From: Callorhinchus milii
Taxonomy: Eukaryota
Length of the DNA: 32,446 nucleotides
Direction: 5' to 3'
Assembly: GCF_018977255.1 (NCBI RefSeq)
Contig: NW_024705598.1
Span: 1 to 32,446, forward strand
The translations under genes were made by a program, and so were the position numbers. This document shows, in pieces, positions 31,583 to 32,446 of this stretch (positions are counted from its first letter, which is position 1; each line of letters opens with the position of its first letter). A model generated the notes under the pieces. That model searched no databases. It was given only the letters and a program-made list of their open reading frames with translations, and was not told where the DNA came from.

Positions 31583-32027
31583 CACTGGTCAACAACAAAA
31601 ATACATGTTTTTCTGGCCTGGACTTTTGCAGCTGTTCTAGACTAATTTCAGGGTGCCGATTCCAAATCTGATCTCAGATTTGCTCTATCACATCTCATTT
31701 TTATGCTATCGGCATACCCCATTTTCATTGATTTTACCCGAAATTAACTCTGTCACTTATGATTGCAAGTTGTTGCGAGTCAGTGACTGCTTTAGTGTTA
31801 AAATATGGTGCTGTATTTTAGGATAGTGTGTTTATAATATCATTTTATGTAGATATCCACATTTATTTAATATTTTTCTTCCGCAGTTTTTATTGAAAAT
31901 GCAATATTTGATATCTCAAAAACCTGATGTGATAGACAAAAACTGATGCCAGATTTGGAATCAGCACCCCCAAAATTACCTTAAACCCGTTGGAATACCT
32001 TATGCCAGAAAAGTGTGTTGACCAGTG
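31583..32027. mobile_element. Non-autonomous Chapaev3-type DNA transposon
   Basis: TIRs CACTGGTCAACA / TGTTGACCAGTG, further subterminal inverted blocks (ttttctggc; gggtgc.gattccaaatctg; tctatcacatc) and a 3-bp TTA TSD (31580-31582 and 32028-32030). CAC termini with a TWA TSD are characteristic of Chapaev3. Confidence 0.8.
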
Positions 32028-32446
32028 TTATTGTAACAACAATGCAATAGCAATGGTCATCAATGTTACTGATAAGGATACTTTAGTATTATTATGAGGG
32101 TTACACCTCCCCCCACCACCTCCATAGAACATGGGTTGACTCACGGGTGACCGCCCGATGTGGTTTGTAAACACGTTCAACGTCGAGGGGGTTGTCGGTT
32201 ATTGATCTTCTCCAGCACACAATTCGGTGTGTCCTCGGACGTGGTGAAGGAGTTTAAAGTTATCTTTCTGCTCGCCAGAGTCGGCGATTAGAGACTTGAG
32301 TCTCTAAGCACGTGGGAGATTATTATCACCTAAAAAACAAACACATTCCTGCTGCGGAGGGAGCTGCTAGGAACGTCGGGTTGCTCGGTCAATGGCCTGC
32401 AGGGTCAACGGCGGCGTGGTGTATTCCGCAAATATGCCCGACAGTG

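Noticed and set aside
32145..32329. Minus-strand exon-like segment (ttttttag|...|gtgagt) with a 9-bp hairpin at 32288-32307
   Set aside because: Stops interrupt the frames I read and no recognisable protein emerges.

Overview
Repeat-saturated vertebrate genomic DNA. The source is most likely a lamprey (inferred from GC-rich exons, mixed trinucleotide arrays, a Chapaev3-type transposon and Penelope-type hammerheads). A + strand multi-exon Ig-superfamily adhesion gene of the BCAM/MCAM/ALCAM family runs from a V-domain exon at 206 to a transmembrane exon at about 27.6-27.9 kb, with many 1-nt frameshifts. Its introns contain: a full-length Tx1-clade (L1-like) retrotransposon, a tandem 3'-truncated copy and a 3' fragment, all embedded in GGGA-rich tracts; a solo LTR with a 4-bp TSD; a hAT MITE apparently inserted in an exon; and a second Tx1 family abutting a 1.5-kb TC-rich array. 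The most notable non-coding signal is a dispersed family of Penelope-like pseudo-LTRs, mostly in inverted pairs. They carry minimal type I hammerhead ribozyme motifs (CTGA-N-GA...GAAACGTC) in three subfamilies whose stem II covaries around a conserved TTGYGTT loop. The ~5.5 kb right after the N-gap (22087 to ~27620) is featureless and looks like shuffled or artificial sequence, so I do not interpret it biologically.
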